A stretch of DNA of 64,000 nt from Prorocentrum cordatum (GCA_963575745.1 CAUYUJ010000305.1:1-64000), one strand, 5' to 3'. Shown: positions 1 to 16,719, counted from the first letter of the stretch. Translations and numbers: made by a program. Notes: a model not told the origin generated them from the sequence alone.

Positions 1-505
1 ACCCCCCCCCCCATATCATGAAGATCTCTGAACAAAGACATCCAGAAAACATCAGGACGCATCCACCAATATTCAAGAGCCTCATCGTTCCATTCCTTCA
101 TTGTCTTCCTCATCCCTCATCCCTCCTCCTTCCTTAAATCACTCCTCCTTTCCACCCCCCATCTTCCCTCTTCCCTCCCCCTGTCCTATATACTCCTCGC
201 TCTTCTATGCCCCCTCTCTGCCCCGACCTCCTCCCCCGACCCCTTCCCCCTCCTACCTCCCCCGCCCCCCCTTTCCATCTCCTTCTCCTCCCCCCCTCCC
301 CCGATTGATCCTGGACGCGGGGAAGGGGAAGGGGACGAAGGAGCAGGACGCCGACCACGACCCATGGCCGCGCCTCCCCGACAAGGGGGGACATCAGGAC
401 GAGGAGAGCGACGACGACGACGACCAGAGCAGCGACGACGGCGACGCCGTCGATGAACCGCCCAACCAAGACGCCCGCGGCGACAACTGCCTCGGGGGTC
501 TTCTG

Positions 506-703
506 ACCCGGGTCAATCCAGACCCGGGTCAGTCAGGCCTTGCGGGATCTTGCAAGATCCTGCGCCCAAACCCGGGTCGATACGAACGATCCTGCAGGAT
601 CCCGCAGGATCCTGCACCCAAGCCCGGGCCAGTGCGACCCTGGCCCTGCAGGACCCTGCAACATCGGGCGCTCTGGCTGACCCCCGCTTGCATTGACCCC
701 CGC
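506..703. mobile_element. MITE family D (second copy at ~11666-11827)
   Basis: TIRs GGGTCAAT(C/G)CA and TGCA(T/C)TGACCCCCG; internal GCAGGATCCT 10-mers are shared by both copies. Confidence 0.7.
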
Positions 704-902
704 CTCTTCCAGCCCCCACCGCCGTCGCGGCCCAGCTGGCCGGCCGGCGGGCGGGCGGCGGCGGCGGCGACCCCGAAGGGGCGGCCCCCACGGCCCCAAG
801 GGGGGCGCGGACCTGCGTGGCGGCAAGGCGGGCGGGCGCCTCGGCTGCGCCCTCCGCCTGCTCCCACGGCACCTCGGCGCGGCTCCCGTCGTCGTCGTCG
901 TT

Positions 903-954
<52 letters not shown>

Positions 955-3833
955 GTGTCGTCGTCACGGTCACTGCGCGGCGTCGTCCCCCGACGCCGAC
1001 CCTCCCCCTCGACCCTGCCGCTGCCCCTTGTCGCATCCCGCCCCTTCCTCCCCCTCTATTCCTGATCTGTTCTGTATTCCCGATCGTCCCCCTATTCATG
1101 CTCCGCGTCCCCCTGGCACTCTTCCCACATGTATGAACATACAATCACAGATTTCTTCTTCGGCTTCAATTTATTCAAACGCTTTCTGATCAGGATGCCC
1201 CTGCCGCCTGTGAAAGATGCAACGCTGGAATGGGGAAGATGATGGTAGGTGCAAAGCCGAGCGGGGAAACTGCAACCCCATCATAATCATCAGATTCCCC
1301 TTACTGCGTTTCCGCATCCTCCTGCCCCCACACAAGTTCATTGCGTTTGTTCATCTGTCGTCCTCGCCTTTTTCCTCCCCGCACGCATCGTCCCCTTTGC
1401 CCAACACGCGGCTGCACTAAACAAAAAGCCTGCCCTGTAATGAAGTGGTTGGGATATGAGACTTTTGCCTGGTCGTCCGTGGCGGCCTCTTGTCCAAGGC
1501 CGGGCTAACGGCGATGTTGCTTGACGGTGACGTTGGGAACCAAATTGTAGGAAACCGCGAACAACACTTTCTTGCATTTCCAATCTGCGAATCCATCGAG
1601 CGAACACGATACTGAAAATTGCAGGAACGCGCGAGCCACTCGTTCCCACACTACCGAAAATGACATCGCCGTGACCTACACCGCCGTTAGCCCGTCTACG
1701 GCTATCCCCACCAGCATGGCCTTATCCCCACTGGCCGACTGAGCCTCCGAGGCGGGCAACTGTGCGCTGCTGTTCCCGTCGGGCTTCGCCGGACATGTCC
1801 CTGGGCTGTCTTTGAAGGACATGCGGCTCATGCATGTTGAAACTGCAACACGAATACTACATCAGGGAAACGAGCGCGCCGACGAATGGTCACGGTGCGA
1901 CGCCAAGCCGACAGACGAATACAATAACACACTACCGAAACCGACACTACACACATTACCGCTACCGAAACTGACATCGCTGTCACCTACACCGCCGTTA
2001 GCCCGTATACTGTGCGTGTTAGCTAAGGCTGTCGGACATGTTCGGTCGGTCGCCTGGATCGGGTTTTCTGTTCGGGCCTTCGGCCAGTCGCCGCCGACAT
2101 CTCGCGGTCCAGATATTTTTCCACGGCGGCTGATCGGCCGCGCGCTGCCCGACGCTTGCGCCTCCCATGCGCCGCGAAAATCGTATCACACAACTTGAGC
2201 CTGACTACCTACCAGACAACCCCAACCCAACCCAGACACCCGAATTTCGGGTTGGAGGGTGCGGGCTTCATACGTGTTCTTGTTCATTGTTCCCCGACCC
2301 CCCCACACTGGAAAGGGGGGGTAGATCGGGGTCTTCGGCTTGGGCTGGGGTGGTTTGGTGGGCGGTGAAAACCTGGTAGATCGCAAACGACACGTTGCAA
2401 CACAATAGTTCACGTCAAGTCTCGCTTCTGTTGAACGCATGGCTCCACACCCAGACCGATCAATTGCACACGACCGTGCATCCGATAAGACACCGCACCA
2501 TCCCAACTGGTCCTGTCATCTCCCATCCGTCCCGACCAAATAACACTTTGAGACCCAAAACGCATAAGCGCAAAACCCGCATCAAATACCACATCGCGAC
2601 CAACGCATGTCAAACAACTTCCCAAACGAATGGCTTCCGGTGGAAACAGACGACGAAATATCCGCTAACGCGCATCCGCTGAAACCGTGCACTGTGTAAC
2701 TGTGGCAGAAGACGCTGCCCAGTTCTGTCAGACGGGCCGATGCGGGCCACGCGCGCGCGCGATCTGAAATCACTCCTTCATCGCGCAACCGCTCGCTCTT
2801 GACCACGAGCGCGCCACCGCGAGCGCACGATGAGTTGCAGCAGGCAGTTTGCCCACGCAGGTTGCACACCACATCGGTCACGCCGCTAGACATTGGATCC
2901 ATATCCACTCTTCCGCACCGAGTTCGCCTCGATCCCAACTCCGCAGTCAGAACAAATCCTCCCTCACCCGAGCATACGCTTCCCCGGCAACAATGGTACA
3001 ACATCTTTCTTTTTTTTTGACGTCCTATCATACGACTGCGCTGGCCAGGCCGGCACCGCCACCCCCTGTGTCACCCTTGTAAATCGCAGTACGCTGTCGG
3101 GCTGTTTGTTCAGGCCCGCCCGAATAGCAGCTGCGTGTTGTGCCAACCCCAAACACGCACAAAACAGGTCACTCTTGCGCGCCTCCGTGAGCATGTCAAA
3201 ATCTGCCAAAAAGCAGGGATGCGCCCATGCAGCCATCATACATAATCGACTCGTAACAACTTGAGAGTAAACATTGCGTCGGCGCCGCGGGCGTTCCCTG
3301 ATGCGATGCCAAGCCATGCGTTTGGGCGCGGGTGCGGCCCTGGAGCGCGCTGGCGACTTCGGCGGCTTGTGGCGGCGCTGCAGGGTGTGCCTGCAATGGG
3401 GCCAAGAATGCATTGTCGATGACGGCGTCGTTCGGGGCGGCGCGGCTACCCGCGCACCAGGGAAGTAGGGAACCGAGCTCTATTCACCGACATTTGTTCT
3501 GGCCCTGCACTGAAACTCGCACAAGGAAGCAAATCCTGCTGTATACGGGATGTTGGTGTATACGTGTTAAGACCTTTCCCCCGGAAAACGGGGAAACAAA
3601 TATACACCACACCACCCCGACATCGTCCTTGACCCTCAAAAAGTCCAGGGCTTGAATAACAACGCGCCACTGGTAATGTATATGTTCCCGTTTCTGAGGA
3701 GGCGACCTGCTCCTGCAGCGCCCAACCCCCCCTCGACTCAGCTTGCGTCGGCGCTCTGCTCTGTCGAAATGCCCCCGCGTCTCGGCGACCGAGGGCATCT
3801 CGACAGCGCGCCAGATAACTCTTGGGACAATTT

Positions 3834-4030
3834 TCGGGGGCGGCCAAGAGGGGAGCGTCCGGGAGGGGCGCAAATCATGGCCGGCGGCATGTGCGCGGCC
3901 CAGAGGGTGTCCAGGGACGTAATGAAATATTTGAAATAAGGAGACGCGCCATGAAATCGGAGGAAACATCATGGCCCCCGCCATGATATCCGCCCCCCCT
4001 AGTCATCACCTCCTTCTTGGCCGCCCTTGG
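3834..4030. mobile_element. MITE family C, older copy
   Basis: Homologous to the 59780 and 61862 copies. Right TIR is degenerate and no clear TSD is visible. Confidence 0.75.
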
Positions 4031-5849
4031 GATAATCTGGGCGGTCTTGAGTCGGTCGGTCCTTGCGTCCTCTGGAGCCGCCCGGGAACCCTCGGGCGTC
4101 CCGTAATGTCTAAAAACTGATATAACAATTATTTTTGGGAGACAGGTAAAGAAATGATTGTCCCCAGCGCTGTAGTGCGCCTATAGAAAACAAAAGGAAG
4201 GCGTGGCAAACTGGATCGCTGGAGACGTCCCCGCGACCGCCCTGGCGCCCTGCGTGCAGGGGCAGATTCCTGCGACCCCCCTCTTGGCGTCAGGCCACGC
4301 CTGCCACGCCCTGCGACCCCAGCGTGGATAGAGACTGCGCTCAGGGACCACTCCGTGCGCACGGCGCACCCTGTTTGGGTTGCGAACAAGCCACACCTGA
4401 CACGCCGAGCCTGGCGTGGAAACAAACCGCACTTGGGGACCATCCCTTGCGCACACCCTCTGGTGCCGAGAGGGCCACAATTGCTTTAAGATGGCCTCCA
4501 AAATGGCGCAATATGGTCCAAGATGGCCTCATGAGACCGGCGACATGTGATGAACCTACTATGCAAGCAACGTTTGTTTTCGGAAGCGGGGAGTCGAGGC
4601 GGAGGGGAGCGGAGACAGAGTGGAACAACCGGACACGAGAGGGGCTAGACCAGGTTACGACGAAGGCCGGATCGCCCTCCAGGCCAGGAAGGCCCTCAGC
4701 AAACCGCTCAGTTCGAGGCCACACCAAGGCTACACCTGGTTACGGCGAAAGTCGCACCGCCCTCTGGGCCAAATTTGCGGGGCTACACCAGGATACGATG
4801 AAGGCCGTCCCCCCTCTGGGCCACGCAAGCGGGGCTACACCAGGTTACAACGAGGGCCAGCGCGCCTTCCAGGCTAGACATAAGGGGCTACACCAAGCTA
4901 CAGTGTCACATCGGCATTCTCCCTGGTACCGAGGTATATACAAGTGGCATCGATCGGCATCCATGGAATGTTTCCCAAGGGGGGACAAATACAAAAATAC
5001 GCATTCGGATGCGAATGAATGGCAACCGGGATCTGGGGGGGGGTCATAATTGCTTCAACCGGTTTTGGACATTAGGCCGCCCGGGACCCCCAAGCGAGCC
5101 CGGTGTCCGGGTCGGATCTTGTCCGCCCCCCCACACCCCCCGGCATTCTGCGATATACGTACTAGGTAGATAGACGTGTATATATACATATATATATATA
5201 CATGTATGGATCGATGTATGTATATACATATATGTATATATACACATACATAAGCATACTTCTACGGTTGCATGTGTGCACAACTTTTATGTGCGTATAT
5301 AAAGATCGACCGATGCATGTATACATGGAAAGATGTACGCTTGCACATACATAGATGCACATCTACTCAGATTCATAAATCGTGCAACGGCAAAGGTATC
5401 CATAACTCCGTCCGACCATTAAACCAATACACCAATAAAATCTAATCGGTTGATCGGTTTATCGGTTTATCGACTGATAAACCGGTATGATTATATCGGT
5501 TTATCTGTCGATAAACTGACAAACGAATCAACCGATAGCCTCTATCTGCGAACATAGAGGCGATTGCCGGTGCGCCCTCTCTCTCTTCGTCGGTTTACCC
5601 GTTTTCCGCTTGTTGTGTTTATCGGTCGACCGGCTGTTCTCAGACCGCTGGGCGCAATCCTGAGGAGTAGATCCTTGCTCGCATGTCGGTTTACCGGTTT
5701 ATCGGTTCATCGGCTGTTTGTTGTGCCCCCGCCGCGACGACGTCGACGACGGCAACGGCTCTGGTGCGGCCCTGCCTGATCAGCATGACTTCTGTGATTG
5801 GCTCTGGTGAGGAGTCTGGCAGCAAGGGTCCGAACTTCTGCCGTCGCGT

Positions 5850-6545
5850 GCGATAATCTGCGTGAAGCGAGGGTCTCCGGCGACAGTGGCCGAACCGCCT
5901 TGGGGCAGGGCATCCCCGAGGTCAGATTTCGGAGGATGTCTCTGGAGAAAGCGGCCTGACCACTTAAATTCAGGGAGCTCGGAACCGAGAGTTGCGAGGA
6001 TGTCTCAGGCGAAGTTGGCCAGAACACCTCAGCTCAGAGCGTCTCGGAAGCCATAGTTGCGAGAGCGTCGCAGGCGAAAGTGGCCGGACCACCATGGGGT
6101 GGGGCACCTCCGATGTCAGAGTTGCGAGGGTGTCTCAGGCGAAAGTGGCCTGAGCGCATCACTCCAAGTCGTCCAGGCAGCCACAATTACGGGGATGTCA
6201 CAAAGGAACATGGCCAGACCACCATGGGCTTGGGCACCTCCGAGGTCAGATTCGTGAGGCTATCTCAGGCGAGAGTGGTCTGACCATCTCAGCTCGGGGC
6301 GTCCAGGAACACAGAGATGCGAGGCTGTCTCAGGCGAAGGTGGTCTGACCATCTCAACTCAGGGCGTCTGAGAACGCAGAGGTGCGAGGCTATCTCAGGG
6401 CGAAAGTGGCCTGAACACGCTCCAGTTCTCGGCGCGTCGGCACCCACAGCTGCGGGGATGTCACGGGCGAAACGGGTCAGACCAGCAGGGGGCAGGGCAT
6501 CTCAGAGATCAGGTTTGTGAGGGTGCTGCCAGAGACGCCAGTTGC
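5850..6545. repeat. Degenerate ~60-bp tandem repeat (other small arrays: ~49-bp at 4640-4905, ~75-bp at 32865-33140, ~75-bp at 37925-38215, two 66-bp units at 60873-61005)
   Basis: Recurring TCTCAGGCGAAAGTGG(C/T)CTGACCA and related unit motifs. Confidence 0.8.
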
Positions 6546-6676
6546 GAAGGCCTGCTCCTCCCCGTCCTTTTTCACGTCATCCTCCTCCTCCGCCCTCCCC
6601 TAGCTTATGACCCCTCGCCCTTGCCTCACTCTCTGTCTCCTCCTCCTCGTCCTCGTCCTCGTCTTCGTCGTCGTCG

Positions 6677-6708
<32 letters not shown>

Positions 6709-7114
6709 TTCGTCCTCGTCCTCGTCCTCATCCACCTCCTCCTCCTCTTCCTCCTCCTCCTCCTCCTTCTCATCCTCAGCCGAGCCGAGCCAGCGGGCCA
6801 GCCGAAACGGGGACGAGGACGAGGGCGACGAGGACGAGGGCGACGACGACGAGGGCGACGACGACGAGGGCAACGACGACGACGACGACGACGACGGCGA
6901 CGGCGACGGCGACGGAGCAGCTGTCGCCACCGAGCACGCTCCACGGAGGCTGCTCTCGCCACTGAGGCGACGGCGACGGAACCTCCGAATATGGCCCAAG
7001 ATAACCGTAGGTGGCTCAAGACAGCCTCAGACACGCATCGAAGAGGCCCCAAAACGGCTCCAAGACGATTTCAATTTAGGTTCACCGCGAATGCCTCGCC
7101 AGATTTCGCTTCCA

Positions 7115-9817
<2,703 letters not shown>

Positions 9818-10171
9818 AAACGGACTCCGCACATATAAACCAACAAATCGATAAACCGATCAGCCGAGACACGCACCGATCAAACCAATAAACCGATACG
9901 CCGATAAATCAACCCTGCATGCAGATCCCGACACGCTGGCAAAGGGCGGGTTTATCGGTTGATCGGTAGAGCGGACGATCGACCGATAAATCGATATAAT
10001 GTTGGTTTCTCTGTCGGTAAGCCGACATACCGATGAACCGAAATAGGTTATCGATTTATAGGTGCATCGGTTTGTTTATGTCCTGCGGCTGTAATCTACG
10101 TGTCTATCTATGTATGTGTGCATATATAGAGTCACTATACATATTTCGATAGATGGACACACATATACATC

Positions 10172-10202
<31 letters not shown>

Positions 10203-11977
10203 CCCTGTGTATCACGAATCACTACGACTGGGCAGCCATTAGCCACGGGGTGGTGGACAAAATCAGCATACACACGCTTCGGGAGGCGCAGAGACATACT
10301 GGTGCGATGTGTTCTCCTTGGAGGCGCGCGCGCCCCTGGAGGAGCGCCAGAAAGGTAGCCACGGAGTTGACCTCGGGAACGCCAAACCCCCCTCCGAACC
10401 CAGACGGCCCCTTGCGGCAGCGTCTTGGTGGCCTCCCCGGCCCCCTTTGCCGTCGCTCGGACGTCCATCTCCCGTGCATGTTTGCGGTGTCGTGCGTGTT
10501 TGTTTTGCTCGATGGTCCAGGATGGTCCTCGATGGTTCTCGCCGAGAAAAAACGCACACGTCCGAGCGATGCCAAGCCCCAGCTAGGAGCTCCGCGGCGC
10601 TCTCGGCCGCCCGTGCCGCCGAGCCCCGGGCCGCCGAGATCGTGCTGATGCGGCCCCCCTCGCCGCCCTCGCCGCCGTCGTCCCGCCGCTGCCGCGGCGA
10701 GACCTCTCGCCGCGGGCGCCGCGGGCGAGCCACCACCGGCTGAGCGAGGGCGAGGGCGTGGCACCCCGATGCTGCAGGCTGCCGCGCGCGGAGGCCCGTG
10801 CCCGGGTATGCTGCGATGCAGTGCGGCCAGCACGCGGAACGAGGACGGACGATAAGGCGAAAGAGGAGCACATACACACACACACGATCACACACACACA
10901 CACACCCATGTCAGCAGGGGGTCGGGGGGAGGAGGGCTGGCTATAGGTATGGCTGTGGGTTGTCGGACCACGTGGGAGGCTCCCGTTCGAGCGGGGAGCC
11001 CCCGTCCGACAACATGCGCGCACAGAGCCATTTCTGTCCTCCCCTTGGGTATGGGTGCGTGTTGAAATCGTTCGCCACGGTGAGGACGCAAAGACCCTGG
11101 AAGGCCGTGCCGACGCTCTGCGAGCGGGGCACGGCCCGCCGCGAGAACGACCAGGGATGGGCCGAGAGGGGACGATGCGAGGGGAGTCTTCAGGAAGTCG
11201 CTCATCCGTACTATGCGGGTGGACTGTAACAGCCTGCGTGAGCTCTGGAGGAGGATGGACGCGGAGTCCCTGTCGGAGCCCTCATAGAGGAGAGGTCCTT
11301 GTGGGCGTCGATGTACACTTGCGTGCGTGATCGTTCTTGGATGTGTTTTGCTTCAGCTCCTAGCGGGCTCCTCCCACTGCCCCCCCACTCGCGCTCTTTT
11401 CCTTCTCGCCCGCGTGCCTCAATTCGCTTCCGGCACGCTCCACGGCCTGCCGACCAGCACCTGACTGTCTCGGACCACTTGACGCCCGCGGACTGAAAAC
11501 CTCAGCTTGCCGTCGCTTGGACGTCCATTCCCCGTGCGTTTTTCGTTCTCGTGTGTGCTTGTTTGGGGGTCCTGACGATCCAGGATGCTCCTCCATGATC
11601 CTCGCCGAGAAAAATATGAAAACGTCCGAACGAGGGGGCGGGCCTTCTCGGTCGGGAACGTACTGACCTGGGTCAATGCAAACTTGGCTCAGGTCAGGCC
11701 TTGCAGGATCGTGCAGGATCCTGCAAGATCCTGCGCCCAAACGCTGGTCACTGCACCCCTGGCCCTGCAAGAACCTTCAAGATCCGGCGCTCTGACTGAC
11801 CCGACACCCGTTTGCACTGACCCCCGTCTGTCAAGCCCCGACTCGGAAGGCTTGGAAGTCGCCTGGCCTTCTCAGGAATTGTCTGAGCCTTCCCCGAGGG
11901 CACAGCAGACTTCTCAGAAGGCCAGAGGGCCCCCGAGACGTCCCGAAGCCTTCTGAGAAGGCCTTCTCCTTCTCACT

Positions 11978-12169
11978 TACGGCAAGTTCGTGTCGTGCCG
12001 ACCCCAGCGTTGGTTTTTGACACCGCAGGGATCGTTCAACCTTGAACGATCGGCCATTTCCGCAACGTCCGATCGTTCAACATCGATCGATTCTGGGTCG
12101 CCAGCGGCGTTCAACCTTGAACGCCCGCGCTGGGGTCGCCGCTGGTCGACACGACGCAAACCTACCGTA
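11978..12169. mobile_element. MITE family B (TA-flanked, Tc1/mariner-like); near-identical copy at 62188-62379, diverged copy at ~58983-59162, related element at ~62387-62765
   Basis: TIRs TACGGCAAGTTCGTGTCGTG and CACGACGCAAACCTACCGTA; internal palindrome GATCGTTCAA-CC-TTGAACGATC. Confidence 0.85.
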
Positions 12170-12388
12170 CCCCCTCGCTCGCCGCCAGACGGAACAAAAA
12201 GCCTCGCGACGCTCAGGGCGCAACACCCGGGAGGTCCTCGTGCGCGGCACCCCGCGACGGCGGATTCACAAGGAGCGGGCGGGCGCGGAGGTCGTGGAGA
12301 TGGGTCGCGGGGTGGGTCGCGGGGTGGGTCGCGGAGTGGGTCGCGGATTGGGGCGCGGAATGGGTCGCGGGTGCGTCGTGGGGTAGAC

Positions 12389-12584
12389 TCGGGTCGGGCG
12401 AAAGGGGGGGATAGCAAAGGGGGGGTTTGAGAATCAGCTCACGTAGCTGACTTTCCCGGCGCCTCCCGGCGCCAGGATGCGCCCATGTATCGAGGAATGG
12501 GCCCCTCGGTGAGGCCGAAACCAGCTGCATGCAGCAAATTTCGTATCCCCCCCTTTCCCAATCCCCCCCTTTCGCCTGGCCCGA
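12389..12584. mobile_element. MITE with TCGG...CCGA termini and 5-bp TSD (TAGAC)
   Basis: TIRs TCGGGTCGGGCGAAAGGGGGGGAT and ATCCCCCCCTTTCGCCTGGCCCGA. TAGAC at 12384-12388 and 12585-12589. Confidence 0.85.
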
Positions 12585-12725
12585 TAGACGACTACAACAA
12601 AGTCACGACTAGGATCTGGTCTTTGTAAGGTCGACTGCTCCTGCTTTCTTGCATGCTGCTTAGTTCGCTGTGCAAGGCAGCTGTTTACGACGCCGCCGCC
12701 AAATGAAGCAATGCGAGTGGTATTA

Positions 12726-13963
12726 GGTCGGGCATGCCCCCCTACAGGCAGATGTTGGACGACATGTCAAAAAGATCCCAAACATACTCCCAAATAGTTA
12801 ACGCTACCAAAGAAAAGCCCAATCAAACTCATGTTAGGGCTATAGGGCTATGGAGCTATTGGGCTATAGGGCGGTGGGTGGGGCTATGGGGCTATAGGGA
12901 TGTATGGCTATTGGACTATTGCGCTATAGGCTATTGGGCCATAGGGCTCGTGGGCTATAGGGCTATCAGACTCTTGGGCTATAGGGCTATATGGCTATAG
13001 AGCTAGAGGGCTGTAGGGCTCGGCTTTAGGGCTATAGGGCTATGAGGCTATAGGGCCGTAGCGCTACAGGGCTATTGGGCTATCGGGCTATGGGGCTACA
13101 GGGCAATAAGGCTATATGGCTCCAGGGCTATAAGGCGTTAGGGCTATAAAACATCAAAGCAACCGGGCACACAAGCGCCCAAGCGGGCCGCAGAAATCGG
13201 TGGCAAACCTCACCTAACCATACGGCTCCGCTGGGGCCCCTACAGAGGCAAGTTCTGATCGGGGAATATGGAGGGCGTGTGGTTTCCAAAATGTGGCTCT
13301 CGCCTTAGCGCCGCGCACATTCGTTCCAAATAAAGCTATGGGGCCACAGAGCCATAGAACCGTTGGGCTATATGGCTATAGGGATATAGGGCTATGGGGT
13401 TATAGGGCTATAGGAGTACAGGCATATAGAACCATAGGGCGATAGGGCTATAGGACTAGAAGGCTATAAGGCTGTAGGGCTATAAGGATAGGATACAGGG
13501 CCTTCGGGCTATAGAGCTATAGGGCTAAAGAGCTATAAGGCTCTAAGGCTCTAGGGCTGTAGGGCTATAGGGTTATAGGGCTATTCAGCTATAGGGCTAA
13601 AGGGCTATTGGGCAATGGGGCTACAGGGATATTGGGCTATAGGGCTAGAGGGCTCTATGGCGATAGGGCTGCAGGGCTATAAGGCTATGAGGTTATAGGG
13701 CTATAGGGCTTTTGGGCTATGGGACTACAGGGCTATAAAGCTAAGAACTATATGGCTATAGGTCTAAAAGGCTATGAGGCACCCGGGCACCCCGGCACCC
13801 GGGCGGGCCGCGGAGATCGGTGGCAAAGCTCACCTAACCATAGAAATCCGCTCGGACCCCTACAGACACAAGCTCTGACTGGGGAATAAAAATCGAAAAA
13901 TCGTCCCCTGACTATTTTCTGACTATTTTTCAAAATTCCTCCTGTAGAGGGACAGGCACGACT
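12726..13963. mobile_element. MITE family A copy expanded by an internal (TAGGGCTA)n octamer minisatellite
   Basis: TA|GGTCGGGCATGCCCCCCTACAGG ... CCTGTAGAGGGACAGGCACGACT|TA. Short copies at 39710-39909 and 59604-59764; solo left ends at ~22631 and ~27683. Degenerate GGGCTATA array at ~12835-13775; an ~85-bp block is duplicated at ~13183 and ~13803. Confidence 0.75.
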
Positions 13964-15761
13964 TAAGAGTAGTAGGCACTCGCTGGCGAGCGGATATTAT
14001 GCCAGCACCATGCCGAATCTCGACAACGCGCCGAGGGCATGTTTAGTGGTTCACAACGGGCGCCGTCGAAAAAAAAAAGATCACCAACTTCAATATTTCG
14101 CATCCTGGGGATTTCAAGGCGGAACCGTCGCCAATGTTGTAGCACCCCGCAGATGCGGACAAGAGCGAGGGGGGGGCCGCGGGGTGGGTTGCGGGTGGGT
14201 CGCGGGGTGGGTTGCGGGTGGGTCGCGGGCGTGTCGCGGGTGGGTCGCGAAACGCCGAGCATAGCAACAACAATCCGCACAGCGGAACCCCGCTTCAACC
14301 ACGCACCCAGGGACAGTAAATCATGACCGTTCGCCCCCTCACTCGGATTAACCTGCGGCAGCAAAGAACATGACAATACTCCGCATAGACCAATAAATAC
14401 TCACTCACCCAAGCACCTCAGCCCGACAGCCAAACCCGGCCCCCCCACGCGCATGGAACTCGGCCCCTGAATGCGTTCCAACCCCACACGCCCCCCGAAG
14501 CAAAGCCCATTCTTAATCCAGACGCGATTCCCCCCCACGCTTACTGAGCAACTCAGAAGAAGCGGCATAACCCCATTAACGCGCCGGATAAAGCGGAACT
14601 ACAAGGGACTACGTCGGATTGGGCCTGTTTTCGACAGCGGGAATACATACCCGCGCCGACGCTGAACAAAACCTCTCAAGAACCGCATCCGAACATTTTC
14701 GCATCGTTGAAAAATAACAACGGGTAGTTGCCACTCAAACTTCGGCCTCTGGTGGGGCCCTTGCCGGGCCCTGGGGGCCGTTTGAAGACCGACTCGAAAT
14801 GCTGACCGCGTCCCAGGGAAGGGGTCCAGATTTTTTGGGGCGACGTTATGAACAAAACGTGGGGTTGGATTTTTGGGATCGGGCCCCCATCGCTCACAGC
14901 CGGCCCGTATCATAAAGATGCGCGATAAGGACGCAAGAGCCTTAGAAGGTCACTTCGAAGCTCTTCGAACGGGGCGCGGTCAACGAAAGTGACCAAGGAT
15001 GGGCCGAGGAGGCAAGGATGCAAGGTTACCATTGGGAAAGTTGCTCATCCTTACCATGCGGGTCGACTGTGGGCTCTGGGGCACCCAGGAGGAACCTGGA
15101 TGGCTCCACGGGGGTCCTCCGAGAAACCCGACGGAACCGGGATGGCCGCGCGTCTTGAGCGCGCCCTCGAGCCTCGCGCGAGGCAGCCGAGAGCCTTCCC
15201 AATTGCAGGGGCCCTGGACAACCCAATGCCTCTGCAGGAAACTTTTCAAGCTCTAGCTGAGCAGATCGGAAAGCAAGCAAACGGTGAGCACGCAACCGCT
15301 CGCCCGCCTCGAAGGAAAATAATCATGCTTTGCCCCTTCTCGCTCATTCGTTTGTCTGCGAGCCGAAGCAGGTGCAGCCCCTGGTCGGGCCAAGGGCGGG
15401 GCACGCCGGGAGCGAACTGGGGCGCGGCGAATCGCGACCTGGGACTGAAGCCTCGGCGCATGGAGGCCACCGAGAAGGCCTTCTCCTGCTCACTTCCCCC
15501 CTTGCTCGCCGCCGAGAAACAGCGCAATTCAAACCGTGGGACAGGCGCTGTGGCACGCACGTCCTCGCCCACCTCCTTCGCCACCTCCCCCCATCTCCCC
15601 CAGAGGCCCGCCCGGTACCCGTGTGGGTGCCCCGCTGGATGCTTGCCTATTCACTCCATCCGGTCTGATCTGGTGTCTGGGCCGTTCGCTGCTGACGATA
15701 ATGACGACAACATGATGAGGGTGGAGATAATGATACTGATGATGCTGATGATGGTATTGAA

Positions 15762-15792
<31 letters not shown>

Positions 15793-16719
15793 CTGATTAT
15801 GATGATGATGCGGAGGAGGACAATGATCAAAATGACGATGACGGCGATGATGGTGGTGATAATGATGATGCTGCTGGTGATGATGATGATCCTGCTCTCC
15901 CGAGAGGGGGCAGCCGCCGATGAGGATGAGGATGATGAGGGTGATGATGATGCTGCTGATGATGATGATCGAATGCTCTACTGCACGAGGGCACCTCCGC
16001 ATGAGCCCGAAAATGCACTGATCGGTAATACAGTTGAGCAAGACGAAGCAAAGACAAATGACTATGATAATGAGGAGGAGGGGGAGGAGGAGGAGGAGGA
16101 GGAGGACGAGGAGGAGGATTGAGAGGGGCGGACATCACGATCGTTACCATCGCCAGCATCATGATTCGCATCAGCATCGTCGTCATCATCATCTTCATCA
16201 TCATCATCGTCATCATCATGATGATCATCATCGTCATCAGCATCACCTTCACCATCATCAACAGATCTGTGGTCGCCAACTTCTTTTCGGGTGTAGCCTG
16301 AATTGTTTCTCGCGAGGTAAATTGAACTGCGTGGAACTGAGAAGACTGGTCGCACCCGTAACGCGACGGTTTGCTTCTCGGACGCCAAAGGCGCAACCTA
16401 TGGCGCAACCGATAGGAGACGGTTGTATTCTCGGCCAGCGAGGGCGCAACCAGTGGCGCAACCGATCGGAGATGGCTTTACCTACGCAGGACGAAAGACT
16501 TTCCTCCTAAGTCGAAGAGGACCACCCCGTCCCCCGTCGAATCTTAACACGGGGGGAGCCTGCGGTCGACGGATCCCATTCTTGTCGGTTCCTGGAACGA
16601 ATTAAATACTTCAAATTCAAAACGGGGTAGGAATGGGATACGCCGTAAAAAAACGGGGTCCGACGCGGATCCCGAAAATCAGAAATGTGATCCGCGCGCA
16701 CGGAAATGGGATCCGCCGC

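Noticed and set aside
305..495. Acidic plus-strand peptide (DEESDDDDDQSSDDGDAVDE) or hydrophobic minus-strand peptide as an exon
   Set aside because: The strand is ambiguous and the sequence partly (GAC)n-derived; it cannot be supported without transcripts.
7004..7020. ACCGTAGGTGGCTCAAG, resembling an internally deleted DinoSL
   Set aside because: Lacks CCATTT, sits in a low-complexity CCAAGA(T/C)GGC-type repeat, and is not followed by a gene; probably chance.
12835..13775. Interstitial telomere
   Set aside because: The unit is an 8-mer TAGGGCTA, not TTTAGGG, and it is enclosed by MITE TIRs.
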